From Octopus vulgaris (lineage: Eukaryota), in assembly GCA_951406725.2 (NCBI GenBank), contig OX597818.1, positions 135,408,001 through 135,472,000 of the forward strand: DNA of 64,000 nt. Reading direction: 5' to 3'. The number at the start of each line of letters is the position of its first letter. The stretch's first letter is position 1. The notes under the pieces were generated by a model. It searched no databases. It was not told where the DNA came from and worked only from the letters and a program-made list of their open reading frames with translations. A program made the translations under genes and the position numbers. This document shows, piece by piece, positions 26,596 to 39,296 of this stretch.

Positions 26596-26808
26596 CTCTT
26601 TAGCATTCAGATTATTTTGTCAAATATAATGCTTATTTATTTACATTGTTTTCAATTAATCATTATCATCTTGTAGCTCTGAGATTTTGATGGTGTGATT
26701 GTTTGTTTTGAAAATGACATTGTAGGGTAGGTGTGAGGCTTGATCTGACCAGCTTGGACATAAAACAGAATATTTTGATCAGATATGGCTGGTTTAAATG
26801 CTAAAGGG
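26596..26808 (+). mobile_element. TTAA-specific (piggyBac-type) MITE, subfamily 1
   Basis: TTAA|CTCTTTAGCATT ... AATGCTAAAGGG|TTAA; homologous to 27846, 45501 and 53672 copies. Confidence 0.82.
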
Positions 26809-26977
26809 TTAATGAAAAAAGGTTTCATTATTAGTAATCGCTTGCTGGTTGAAAAGGTGCAAATGATTGAAATATTCCCTCACAACCACATCTTATTTCA
26901 ATTTGCCACTACAGAGTATGATGCAGTCTTAAAACATTCATTTTGAACCTTTAGATAAGCTACTATTACTAAAATAG

Positions 26978-27293
26978 CCCAGACCGGGCGTTGTGAGTGT
27001 TTATTGAGCGAAAACACCTAAAGCTCCACGAGGCTCCGGCAGGGGATGGTGGTGATCCCTGCTGTACTCTTTCACCACAACTTTCTCTCTCTTACTTCCT
27101 GTTTCTGTTGTACCTGTATTTCAAAGGGCCGGCCTTGTCACTCTCTGTGTCACGCTGAATATCTACGAGAACTACGTTAAGGGTGCACGTGTCTGTGGAG
27201 TGCTCAGCCACTTACACGTTAATTTCACGAGCAGGCTGTTCCGTTGATCAGATCAAACGGAACCCTCATCGTCGTAACCGACGGAGTGCTTCC
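26978..27293 (+). mobile_element. tRNA-derived SINE, family B (5'-truncated)
   Basis: Matches the body of the copy at 61638-62018. Confidence 0.88.
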
Positions 27294-27845
27294 ACCATTA
27301 CTAAAATTACAACAAATAATCCTAACAAACAAAAAGAGCAGAAAAAAATGTCTGCTTCAATGATTATAACTTGTTCTAATGATAAACAATGACTGTCTTT
27401 CTATTAAATTTTGTCGTTAATTTCAAGATTTGTTTTACTCACGAATTACTAACTTTTGACATTTCTTCTAAATACTCTTTAGTATATGTTGAATGTAGTA
27501 TTGGATATTCTGTAACTGTCATTTACTAACAACTGAATTGTCAGAACATGTCTTACTCATGTGTGTTCACCACTTATATAAAATGAATGAGATAACCTCT
27601 GTAGAGTGAAATACATCTAGGGTTGAATATTGACTCATTAAAATTACAGATTATAAAGGATTCAGCAAAATCTTTATAAAGGATTGAAAATTTGTACAAT
27701 GGAATATATAAAGACATTTTGTCATGCAAGCAAAATACATTTTCATTAAGTTTTAGCGTGCATAGTACATCTATTTGAATACTAAATAATTTGATGCACT
27801 TTATGTTCAGGAAAATTAACTTTCCTATGCTATTGTTTGCATTAA

Positions 27846-28064
27846 CCCTTTAGTATTTAAACCGGCCATATCTGGCCAAAATAGCTAATCTGTTTTATGT
27901 TAAAACTGAGCAGATCCAGGCTCTTACACCTACCCTACAATGTTATTCTAGATTAAGTAATTACACCATCAAGATCTTGAAGATATGAGATAATGCATGA
28001 TTAATTCAAATCAATGGGAATCAATAGGCATTATGTTTGATTGAATAATCTGAACACTAAAGGG
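27846..28064 (-). mobile_element. TTAA-specific MITE subfamily 1, inverted copy
   Basis: TTAA|CCCTTTAGTATT ... ACACTAAAGGG|TTAA; reverse complement of the 26596 copy. Confidence 0.82.
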
Positions 28065-30987
28065 TTAAACATATTTAGGACTGATTGTGCTTGGCAGTAA
28101 ACAATATGCTGTCCATGAAAAAACATTGCTTATATGATTATAATTAATGACATCGTTAGCCTGATGTTCAAATGGACCTGCTTTTAACCATGTAATGTAT
28201 ATTTCAGTGGTTAAAAAAAGCATCATGTTTTATGAAAATTTAGTGGGTTGCTAAAAGCTAGCAAAGCCTAGTATTGACATACTAGTTAGCCATTTAATCA
28301 ACATATTCGGAAAAGTCAATTCAAAGTGGAAAACTGTGTGGGGATTCTGTTGGCTTAAGGTGTCTTGTTGACTGTTCCACTTAAATGCAATGTTCTAATT
28401 AACCTTGACTTTTATGGAATTAAGCTAGTAAGCTATAAGTGGTTCTGACAATAGACATGTCACAGATAATATACATACCGTCGTTCCTTGGTTGTTACAC
28501 TTACTTCTATCAGGTATCTTTGCAACCTGTAGATCTCAGCTAATGAAATGTCCTGATGGTATACTCATTTTCAATCCTTTGGATGGTGGTTTTTTTGTTT
28601 TTTTTTCTTTCTGGTTCAAATACATGATAAATGATGTATTTCTAACTCTTTTCAGTATTTCTGAATATTTTTACTTGAAGTCTTACTCCGTCTTTCTTGT
28701 GTATATTTTTTCTTTTACTTTTCACCTCCACTCATGTTCCTTCATTATTCTTACTGGTTTGCATACGTCTTTATTTCTTTTCCTTTATATGTGGTGGATT
28801 ATCTGTTAGTCTTGATTGATTCGGTTATTTGGCCTACTGATTCATACTCGTAAAATTAACATGTAAGCAGCTAAGTCTTTCATAGACCCATCACACATTT
28901 CTCTGGGCCAAGTCAGTGTGACATGGTTGAAACTTTGAATTATAGATATAACCTAGAGAGAAAGACTGAAAAGTTGAGATCCCAGTATTGGACTAGTGCT
29001 TTATCACCCCTAAAACAGTGAAAGGCAAAGTTGACTTTAACTCAGTGCACAAGAAAGAACTAAGTCAACTAAGTATTCTATCCAATGTGCTAGCATTTCT
29101 CCCAGTTTGCATTATATAGATATAATAAAATGGCTGTCAACTTGAGTAAAGACCAGTTCTTGGTTGTGAGGCATGAAATTAAGAGCAGCAGATTTGAGTG
29201 GTTGTATACTCATAAGCAACTTTTAGGTCCAGAATGATTTTTAAAACTTAGTTGCATATTGAGCATGCAAGCTTGTCTTTGTATTTTCATGTGGCATTTG
29301 TAGGCTTCCAGATATTTTGCAGGCTTTATTGCTAGTCCTACATTAGAAAGACAGGCTCTCCCACATGGTTTTATACACACACTCCATCACCAATTTTACC
29401 TTCTTATGTATGGTCTGGATAAGTTGTGTGTTTTATAATTGAGTGCTGTTTTTGATGGCTACCCTTTTAATTACTTCACACACACTGGCCAATTGGCAAT
29501 CATTAGAGCATTGGCTAGACTGATTTGTTGTAATTGTCTCAGCTCCTAATCTGAGTTCAAATCCTGCTGAAATTAACTATTAACTTTGCCATTCATCCTT
29601 TTGGGTTTGATAAATTAAGTACCAAACCTATACTTGCGTCAGTTCTTCCTTTTCTCATTCTTTCTTTCAGTCAGTCAGTCTGTCTATCTTTCTACTGGAA
29701 GAAAGCTGTGGTAAGATCTGGAGAAAGATGAACTCCACAAAGTCCAAAAAATGCCCAAGACTTAATCTCATCATCTCGAAATGCCTGAAGTAAGGCACGT
29801 GTGTGCATATGCATGCACGGGCACAAGCATATTCTCTCCCCACCTCTGCCTCTCTCTAGTGCAGTGTTTGTCAAAAATGTTTATTTCTATCTCCCTTCAG
29901 TAATTCTTAAATGTTTTTCCTCCATTTTCTTCCTGTTTCATTTTGTCTTTCAATTATTCTTGTTACCTCCATTCATCTCATTATTTCAATCATTTCATTA
30001 TTTCTTCTATCTCTTCCTTCATTTTTTTTGTTTTTGCAATCAAAATCTTTCTCTATCTCTGCTCTTCATTGTCCAACAAAATTTATATATGCTTTTGTGT
30101 TATACATGACTCTCTTTCTGTTTCTATTATTCTCTCGTTCTCTGTACCTCTGTCATGACACCTCTAATTCCTCCTCCCCATTGTAGTGCTCTATCTTTTC
30201 ACCTCTTCCTCTTGTTTTTTTTTTCCATCCTTTCCCATATTTCCGTCTGCTCTCATGACTTACCTTCTCTCATATATAAGCTAGCTCTCTTTATAATACA
30301 TTTCTCTCTTTTCACCACTCTCAGCACTTCCACTGATTTCTCCTTCCAACATGACAGAAAGAGGAAATGTGACAAAATTTGACATGTCACTTGGTATTTT
30401 ATATATTTAGATGGTTTTGTTTCTGCTTATTCCTTTATTCGAGTAAAATATTTTTTTTTTGTCTTTTTTAATCTTATAAAGTTTAACACCAATAAGATTT
30501 ATTTAAATTTTGGTACTGATCTTAGAATTGAACTCCTACACTTTCAAATTGTTTGTATTATTTGTGAGTTGACAAGTTTTAAATGTTGACAGAAAGGATT
30601 GATTGAAGATGAAAATACTAAGGTGCTTAGGTAATGGTCATACACAGGAATGTGAAATGACCATTTGATATTCAAACGTTCTGTTGAAAACAAAATAGAG
30701 TAAATATTTGGAGCAATATTAATGATTCCAATTATGGTCATTAAGGCATGAACTTATAGTTTAGGTAAAAAATCTGAATCAGAAGAGATAGAATGGAAAC
30801 AGTTCCTCCAGGAAAAGAATAAAAGATTTAGTGAATTTTTTAAGGGTTGATTTATAGTTAGCAAGTCTAATTGCTATCTGAAAGAAAGCAAAGGAGAAAC
30901 ATCTCGTTTTACATTCAGAAGTTCAGAAATGAATTGAATTACATTGTCATCCTGTTTTGAGTAAAATGGATGATTTCAAGTAGAAAG

Positions 30988-31581
30988 GGATCTTTACCTT
31001 TTGACCTATAGGTTTAAAAAATAATTTTTTGTAACTAAACACTTTCAAACTTCGGACACTGGTAGAATGTGACATATAAAACATCTTTTACTCTTAGCAC
31101 TTTTGAGAAAAACTTAGATTTACGAACTTATTTCACTTTAAAGTTGTCCTTCTTCGGTAATTTCAACCAATCAGTGACGTGTATTCAGATGAATAAAATT
31201 ACTGCTGTTTGTCAACAAGAACTTCTTGGCGGTGTATATTTTGTTTGTCACTGTTATTTATGACAACTCTAACCCTAACCCCAGTACAAACACACAAACA
31301 ATCTCATAAATAACTGTGACAAACAAAAAATACACCACCAATAGTTGTTGTTGACAAACAACAGCAGTAATTTTATTCAGCTGAATACATGTCATTGATT
31401 GGTTGAAATTACCAAAGAAGGACAACTTTAAAGTGAAATAAGTTCGTAAATCTAAGTTTTTCTCAAAAATGCTAAGAGTAAAAGATGTTTTATATGATAC
31501 ATTCTACCAGTGTCGGAAGTTTGAAAGTGTTTCGTTAAAAAAAATAATTTTTTTAATCTGTAGGTCAAAAGGTAAAGATCC
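30988..31581. mobile_element. Foldback/palindromic MITE with ~276-bp inverted arms and a 40-nt loop
   Basis: ggatctttaccttttgacct...gttatttatga (30988-31263) is the reverse complement of tcataaataac...aggtcaaaaggtaaagatcc (31304-31581); TAGAA on both flanks. Confidence 0.92.
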
Positions 31582-33371
31582 ATAGAATGTCTACTTGACA
31601 TTAAACTGCTATTCAAGTTTTACTTTAATTTTAGATTTCCAATCAGCTACTTTTGTTGTTAGTTCTTTTGTATTTTCTCTTTTTTTTAATAACATTATTA
31701 GATGGATCCGTTTAATTACATCTCATGTTTTTTGTCATAATTTATATTCTACTGTGTTTTACAAATGAACATTTTCCTTACTAGAAGCGTAGACTGAGAG
31801 TCTATTATTATGTTTGATATATGTTAGGTTGATATTTAGAACATAATTTTTACAAGATCTTTTTGTAAGACATTTCTGTATTAAATGTCATCTAAATAAT
31901 TTATAATAAATAAATCTAAAACCTGTAAGAACATGCTGTATCAATTCTCAGTAAGGTTTCACATTTTGCATGAATGTAAACCTTCATAATACCTTGCAGT
32001 GGTGACTTGGTGCATAAAATTACTTTGTTTGTGCATGTAAACTATATGCTGCACATTCTCAATAATTGCTAGCCTAAAATTCCCAATGGAGATCCCTATG
32101 CTTTTTTCACGCATCATAGAGACTGAGTTTCGTCTTTATGACCCCCAAAATATTTCAACAGTGAACAGCTGCTAACTTAACTCTAAATATGATTTATCCT
32201 CACACACAGTCATATTAAAGTGAAAGCCATTTGGTTGCAAGTACTAGCCTTCTATTAAACAGTCTTTTTTGGAGATAGTGCACTTTGCCTCTATCAACTT
32301 GCCAGCTGTTACTGTCTCAGCACCTGTATCAAACTTATTGTGTCCTACTGAATTTTAACCTAGTTGAAGTGTTACTTGAATTATCTCTAGCAATTCAAGT
32401 ATTAATCTTGCTAATGTCACCAGTTAATTCATTTTTCAATTTGTAATATTATCATCTATTCTTTTTTATTCTCAAAAATATGCTGCTAGAAATTTTGAGT
32501 AACCTTCATAATTTTGTTAATTTCTTTGGAATAAATGTCCAAAATTAAATATCTTAGTACCTAACAACTCAATTTTTCTTAGAAATTATCTAAATGATAT
32601 ACAGGATCATTAATGCTGTCTTCAGAATAAATTTCTAAACCATAACTGTCTCAAATACCGTGTGTAATTATAACTGTTTCTACAATGTATAAAGTTGCAA
32701 TTGTCACTTTTATTGATGACTGGTAGTAAACTGGTTCATAATTCTATGACAGTAAAAGTATTATAAATGCATCATAATAGAGGGCTACTTAAACAACTAC
32801 TTAATCTTTCTAAAGTTGAACATGATCACAAAAGATATTTGTCCTTGATGATTGTATTTAAATGTACAAACTAGCTTCAGAAAGTCAGAGAAATGAGATG
32901 AAAATAGATTCCACTGTTAGTAATTAACTGACTCTACTTCACAACAATTCCATAGATTTCTTGTTACAGTAATTACCATTTTGTATATCACAATAACTTC
33001 ATTAAAATATAAGAAATTTTTACTTTTAAAACTCTTGTGTTGGTTGTAATTAAAGCTGTATAGTTCCAAGTCATCTCCACTCAAACAAATTTATGACATA
33101 GAAGAGTGATTCCCAGATCTGTTGTTCCAAATGTACCATAACCATTGGTTAACTGAGGACAATGCTACATGCTCTGACATGTAATGATGAATCGTATGGG
33201 GCACACAGTAACAGTTTAGACATTGTATTCTCTCTACTGTCGACAGATTCTGGTGATCACAGTGGACATGGACCCTGTGTTTGTGTGCTCGAGGGATTCA
33301 TTTTAAACAAAGAAAATGCTAATTTTCTATTGTTAACTTCTGTCTTTCTCACTGTGATTTTATCTTTGTAG

Positions 33372-33461
33372 AAGAAACTCAACATCACGGTGATACTCCA
33401 ATGAATATTGTAAATGGTGATATTCAAGATTCAGGCAATAGAGATGAGGAAATGGAAGAAG
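33372..33461 (+). CDS. USP7: USP7 exon 2
   Basis: ttgtag|AA GAA ... EETQHHGDTPMNIVNGDIQDSGNRDEEMEE G|gtgagt; phase 1-1. Confidence 0.9.
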
Positions 33462-33574
33462 GTGAGTTCATCAGATGTCTCGTTAAGAAATGCAGAAGAT
33501 TGCGGATACTATATAAACGCTTATTACTATTTCTCACTCAGAAAGTTAACGTTATTTCCTCAATTTTGGGTCTT

Positions 33575-33888
33575 TCATCATCATCGTTTAACGTCCGTTC
33601 TCCATGCTAGCATGGGTTGGACGGTTCGAGCGGGGATCTGGGAAGCCAGGAGGCTGCACCAGGCTCCGGTCTTATCTGGCAATGTTTCTACAGCTGGATG
33701 CCCTTCCTAACGCTGACCACTCCGTGAGTGTAGTGGGTGCTTTTTACGTGCCACCTGCACTGGAGCCAGGCAAGGCTGGCATCGACCACGGTCAGATTGG
33801 TGCAATTTTACGTGCCACCTGTATGGAAGCCAGTCGAGGCGGCACTGGCTTTGGCCACGATTCGGATGGTGCTTTTTACGTGCCACCG
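33575..33888 (-). mobile_element. RTE LINE 3'-end fragment
   Basis: (CAT)n + cgtttaacgtcc...; reverse complement of the tail at 18410-18600. Confidence 0.88.
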
Positions 33889-33974
33889 CTTTTTCTGTCT
33901 ACATAAAAATTTATCTGGTTTTTATATACTAAAACTTTGTTTAAATTTCAGAAATTAAAAAAAATTGTGGTGTA

Positions 33975-34176
33975 CAAGGGGGTGCTGAAAATTTCCTGGC
34001 TTTGGATAAATGAAAATACAGAAGGATGAATTAATTATTTTATTCAACATGTCCCCTTCTCAGATTCACACACTTATTGCAGTGGTCGTTCAGTTTTTCT
34101 AAGTGCTGTAAAAGAACTTCGATGGTTGGGCCTCCAACCAGGCCATAAAGCCAGGAACTTTTCCGCACCTCCCTTG
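33975..34176. mobile_element. Tc1/mariner-type MITE
   Basis: TA|caagggggtgctgaaaatttcctggcttt ... aaagccaggaacttttccgcacctcccttg|TA. Confidence 0.8.
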
Positions 34177-34930
34177 TAACTACTATTGAGCATGCCATGT
34201 TAATTTGTGAGTACATTCACCAAATTCAATGGAGAGGAATTTTGACACCAGAGCTGATGGTATACATAGATTAAATTGTGAACACTTAGGTAAGAACAAC
34301 TAAATGGGGAAAACCCAAAATGAATGTGGTTTTATTCATATCACACGAGTGTAAGACTATCTTGTGTTTAACTGACAAATTGCGTATTCACATTAAAGAA
34401 TTAACATTTAGCCTGTTAAACTTTACAAAGAAATGCTGGTCATTAATTATTGGTATTAAAAGAGTTTTTTTAAAACTATAATTAAATAGTTGTATTTAAA
34501 TGCATTGTCTCTTAACTGCTGATCTGCAATCGCATAAACCATAAAAAATATAAAAAGTTTTGTAAAATGAAGAATAAATATTCAGTCTACTATGACTAGA
34601 AATTTATTTCCTTCAAGTGTATTTTTTAAAAATGTATTTAACACATCAATTTATTGTTGTAAACTTATGTTATCACTGCCTATTAAATGAAAATGCTGAA
34701 AAATTAAGGTTTTGTTGGTTCGTTTTGCATAGATTGTTTTTTCTCTATTTAGTGATAATATACAGGAACCCTTTTATACCAATAATTAATATACAAGAGT
34801 TCTTTCCCACTGCATAGACACTATTGGCTAGTATTTTCTGCTGTAGATGCTAGCTGACCAATGCCTTGCAAATGAATTTGACAGATGGAAGTTGTAAGAA
34901 GCCCATTATATATATATATATATATATATA

Positions 34931-35086
34931 TGAGAGGTGACCACTAAGTGGACATCCATTATGCTAGATGTAGACCCCATATGATCTGGCATTTGCTGAA
35001 TTTTGAGAACAATCTTTTCTTAGTGGTCAGACCGTATGGGGTCTACATCTAGCATAATGGATATTCACTTAGTGGTCATCGCTCTT
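34931..35086. mobile_element. Small hairpin MITE (~58-bp inverted arms) in a (TA)n tract
   Basis: gaccactaagtggacatccattatgctagatgtagaccccata pairs with tatggggtctacatctagcataatggatattcacttagtggtc. Confidence 0.85.
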
Positions 35087-35217
35087 ATATATACGTAATA
35101 TAATTTTTCTGAATCTTCAGATTTTTCAATATGTTAGGCCACTGGTTTTAAATTGATATTAATCAAATTAATATTCAATTTTTCACCCTTATTATTTAAA
35201 TTTATATATATATATAT

Positions 35218-35490
35218 ATCATCATCGTTTAACGTCCACTTTCCATGCTAGCATGGGTTGGACGGTTCAACTGGGGTCTGGCGAGCCCGAAGGCTGCACC
35301 AGGCCAGTCAGATCTGGCAGTGTTTCTACAGCTGGATGCCCTTCCTAACGCCAACCACTCCGAGAGTGTATTGGGTGATTTTATGTGCCACCGACACAGG
35401 TGCCAGACGAGGCTGGCGAACGGCCACGATCGGATGGTGTTTGTTACGTGCCCACAGCACGGAGGCCAGTCGATGCGGTACTGGCTACTG
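35218..35490 (-). mobile_element. RTE LINE 3'-end fragment
   Basis: Same tail family as the 23452 and 33575 copies. Confidence 0.85.
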
Positions 35491-36082
35491 TGAGAGTGTA
35501 GTCATCTTGTCTTGACATTTGTGCGCTGACTGAAAACATTTACATTCTATCACAAAATCATGCCTGGCCATGAAACTGTTTGTTTATTGTTCAAAGGGTG
35601 AGGGAAAATATGACCTTACTTGGAAAAGGTAAGGGTTTAAATAGAAAATCTACCTCAAATTTTGTCTGATCTATGCAAGCAAGGAATTGTAGATGTATCA
35701 ATGATTTATGATGATATGTAATTTTAAATATTGTTTAGCAAAAAATTGAAGGTATTATCACCAGTTTTAAATTATGAAACTCAGTATTCTAAATTGAAAA
35801 TGCAAATGATCCAACTTGACAATATACCAATCTGTAATTTACATATTGTGGACTAAGTATAACTTATACTATAAGCAGCAACAGCATAGAAAAATTCGCA
35901 ATATTGTGATAAAAATTCTGCTGTAAATAGATAGGGAAACACACTATATAAAAAACTACATCTCTTTAATAGTTTTCATTCTAAATTTCTTATTTCTCTT
36001 TTCTTAAATGAATTATAATTTTACTATAATTTTTTAAATGTTAAAAAAATGTTATCTTTTTTTTTCCCCCCCTTAAATATGA

Positions 36083-36193
<111 letters not shown>

Positions 36194-36417
36194 TAAGCTT
36201 TTTTAAATGTTAACTACTTTAATCAAGAGATTTCTATTTATCTTGAAATTTGATAGTAACAATCTCATTCACAGAAAAAAAGTCTGACTGGACTGCTTAA
36301 ATCTATGTATATTAAATTACATAAGTATATAAAAAAAAATTCTTTATAGAATTTAGATATTCTTTTTGTCATCAGAAAATTTCAAACAGCTATTTTTTTT
36401 TCTTCTCAAATCTGTAG

Positions 36418-36516
36418 GAAAATCATGGCAATGCCTCGCATAAATCAGCAAGCAGATAGAAATAATCAAAGAAGTTTGGGCTTTTTCTTGCAGTGTAATG
36501 CAGATTCAGATTCTGT
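36418..36516 (+). CDS. USP7: USP7 exon 4
   Basis: KIMAMPRINQQADRNNQRSLGFFLQCNADSDSV. Confidence 0.96.
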
Positions 36517-36652
36517 GTAAGTATAAATATTTAAAATTCGCTACATTGCAGGACTTTTTCATATTTTAATATTTTTCATGATCCCTTTGTGTACTTTTCT
36601 TTCTTCTATTAGAAACACAGATTCAAGAAAAACTAGATTTTATTACTTACAG

Positions 36653-36726
36653 ATCTTGGTCTTGTAATGCTGCTGCCGAACTCCGAATTTTGAATTTTTT
36701 GCCCGATGGAGAACCATTTCAGAGAA
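36653..36726 (+). CDS. USP7: USP7 exon 5
   Basis: SWSCNAAAELRILNFLPDGEPFQR. Confidence 0.95.
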
Positions 36727-36924
36727 GTAAATGTCTTGTTGTTTTTATTTTATGGTGATGATAAGCAATTTTTAATTTTCATGGATCAATTAATCATTTA
36801 TTGAAGTGTTTGTGGTTAATTTATCTACAAATTTCTGTTATTAATATATTATTAAAAAAACATATATTTACAAATATTAACTTGAGATTAGTTTATTTGT
36901 GTATGTCTAAACTATTATGAATTA

Positions 36925-37958
36925 TCAGGTTGATGCAAAAACTAGTTTTTTAGTATCAATATATCTCAAATTATTTTCATGAAAATAAGTTTTTTTCATT
37001 CTCAGAATTTTAAGGTTCTAAGCTGGTGTTTTTTGAACTGCTGCTTGGTTGTTGAAGGCCTGCAGGAAGTTAAGATGCTAGAAAAATGGTAATTGGTCAG
37101 AGAGAGGACTGGAGAGTAAGCTGGGTGAAGTAGTTTCATAGACCAGTCTGTTCAGTTTCATCAGAATCATTTGTCTGATGTGATTAGAGACTGCGATAAA
37201 GCAGGATCGTTCATTTTCCATTGACTAATATTGGGCGTAACCATTGCAGCTCCTGGTACATTTTGTGGATTTTTCTAGCAGTATTTCTCTGCTGTAATGG
37301 CTTTATCTGGATTCAAGATGTAGTGAATGATTGCACTTGCTGATGATTACCTTCTTGTCATGCTTCTTGTGTTTGATAAGTGCCTTGATCCAACCACTGT
37401 GCAGAATAGGATTAGTTGTATTCAGTCCATTTCTCATCATATATTGCAATGCAGTCACAAAATAGATTGGACTTTGTAATAATATATATTTGTTCAACTC
37501 ATAGGTATCCATTTGTCGTGGTATTTTGACATTCCATTGTGGTGCAAATATCAAACTGTTGAATGGTCAATGTTTAGTTCCTCTGAAATTTTTTAATCTT
37601 TGGTTTGGCTTTGCTTCGGCCATAAACCTCTGTTGGCCATTGGTTAATTGCAGAAAATCAGGTATGACCTTCCTTGTCTTCAAGGTTCTCCTTGCTTGCA
37701 GAAAAATTTTTAAAACCACTGTTGAACTATATTCATGGACAGTCCCCTGGCCAAATGCTTGGTTGACATTGCAAGCTGTTTCTGTTGCTTTTCAATCCTA
37801 AAATTAAAATGGGTCCATCTTCAGTTTGACTTAACAAAATGAAAAAGAATAAACAGTGAAACTAAAATCATTAACATAAATCAAATGTGCACTTCAAAAT
37901 GATATAAGCATCAAGTTTTAAAGTAATCAAAACCACAATTATTTTTGTACCAACCTCA
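36925..37958 (-). mobile_element. Decayed mariner DNA transposon
   Basis: Ends TA|tcaggttgatgcaaaaa... and ...atttttgtaccaacctca; - strand encodes HPAYSPVLSLTNYHF (YSPDLAP motif, ~37083-37127) and a frameshifted WIP(H)EL (~37490-37512). Confidence 0.85.
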
Positions 37959-38396
37959 CCTGCAATGTCTTTTTCCATTTTCCAAAGGAAAAAAAATGTA
38001 ATAGTAGAATTTTTGCCTGCAATTGTACTAATGAGTAATATTAAAATATTTTTTGAGCCTTCTAAATCATTCTTGCATTACTACTGATATTAATATCAAA
38101 TATTTTTCATTGTTTATAGTTGAAGTAGTTTTGAATAGTCTCCTGTGGTTCTTTAGTTTAGCCGGTAGCTACTATGTAATTCTGTATAACACACTTATTT
38201 CTTAAAAACATTGGGACATCACAATAAGATTCTAAGCTTCTGATTAACATATAATGATAGCTGTGGAACTCTGTTGAAGCTCAGCAGCTGCAGTAGGTGA
38301 TCAGAAGCAATTGATCAAAATGAGCAACTTGTCGAAAATTTGATTTGTGATTAATACTTTATATCTCCCTCTTACTAAAACTGTTTTCTCTTTTAG

Positions 38397-38461
38397 AAAT
38401 ACAGCATCTCTTCTATACCAAAGAGAATGATTGGGGTTTCAGTCATTTTATATCTTGGAAT
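38397..38461 (+). CDS. USP7: USP7 exon 6
   Basis: KIQHLFYTKENDWGFSHFISWN (substrate-binding DWGF motif). Confidence 0.97.
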
Positions 38462-39207
38462 GTAAGTATTTTCAATCTTCACTAGATTAACAAATCTTCA
38501 TTAATCTTAGTTGTATATCAAATTAAATGCCTAATTTATTATTTATACCACTTAATAATTAATTTCTCTTTTTGTTTAACTTTGTCTATCATCAACGGGC
38601 CTTTTTTAACCCTCTCCATACCTCTATTTAAGACTGTTTCAGCCAATTTTTTTTATCACAAAAATCTATGTATCTTACCAACAGAAACAACCTGAAAGCT
38701 GTAAATATCTTTTCTATTTTTTACCAAGTCTAAATATGTAATCCTCCACTCAGTATTGTGGTCTGTCAAAGCATAATTGATTTATTGTAGCAGCTAATTT
38801 AGGGAAACTGTAGATGTTAATCAGAGCCACTTAATGGACATTTAATATCAACATAGTTAATTTTCATTTGGCACTTTTATTGGAAATTATCTAGACAGTT
38901 TTTGCTGAGGTTAATCTTGCCATGTTATTTAGTCTTAATCCTCTCTCTCTTTCTCTCTCTCTCTCTCTATCTCTTCTCTCTCTCTCTCTCTCTCTGTTAT
39001 TGGCTGGTTTCTATGGAGATAAAACTTTAATTAGATACAGTGTTGAGATTGAAGTCTTGTTCCATTGATAGACTTAATGTGCAATTAATGCTAGATTGTC
39101 ATTTGTTGTTCACTTTGAAATTGTTGGACAGCTTCTAGGGTTTCAGTCTATGGTCAATGCATTTCATTCACAATCTTTGTAGAACTTGTGTATTAATCTA
39201 TTTCCAG

Positions 39208-39296
39208 GAACTATTAGCACCAGAAAGCGGGTATGTCCAAGATGATAAAGTTATTATTGAAGTCAAAATGGTTGCAGATGCCCCTCATGGTGTCAG
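39208..39296 (+). CDS. USP7: USP7 exon 7
   Basis: ELLAPESGYVQDDKVIIEVKMVADAPHGVS. Confidence 0.96.

Noticed and set aside
31268-31282. Interstitial telomere
   Set aside because: Only about two CCCTAA units, inside a MITE loop
33735-33890. CRISPR-like repeat-spacer pattern
   Set aside because: Eukaryotic LINE 3'UTR tandem modules; the spacers are homologous to each other and there are no cas genes
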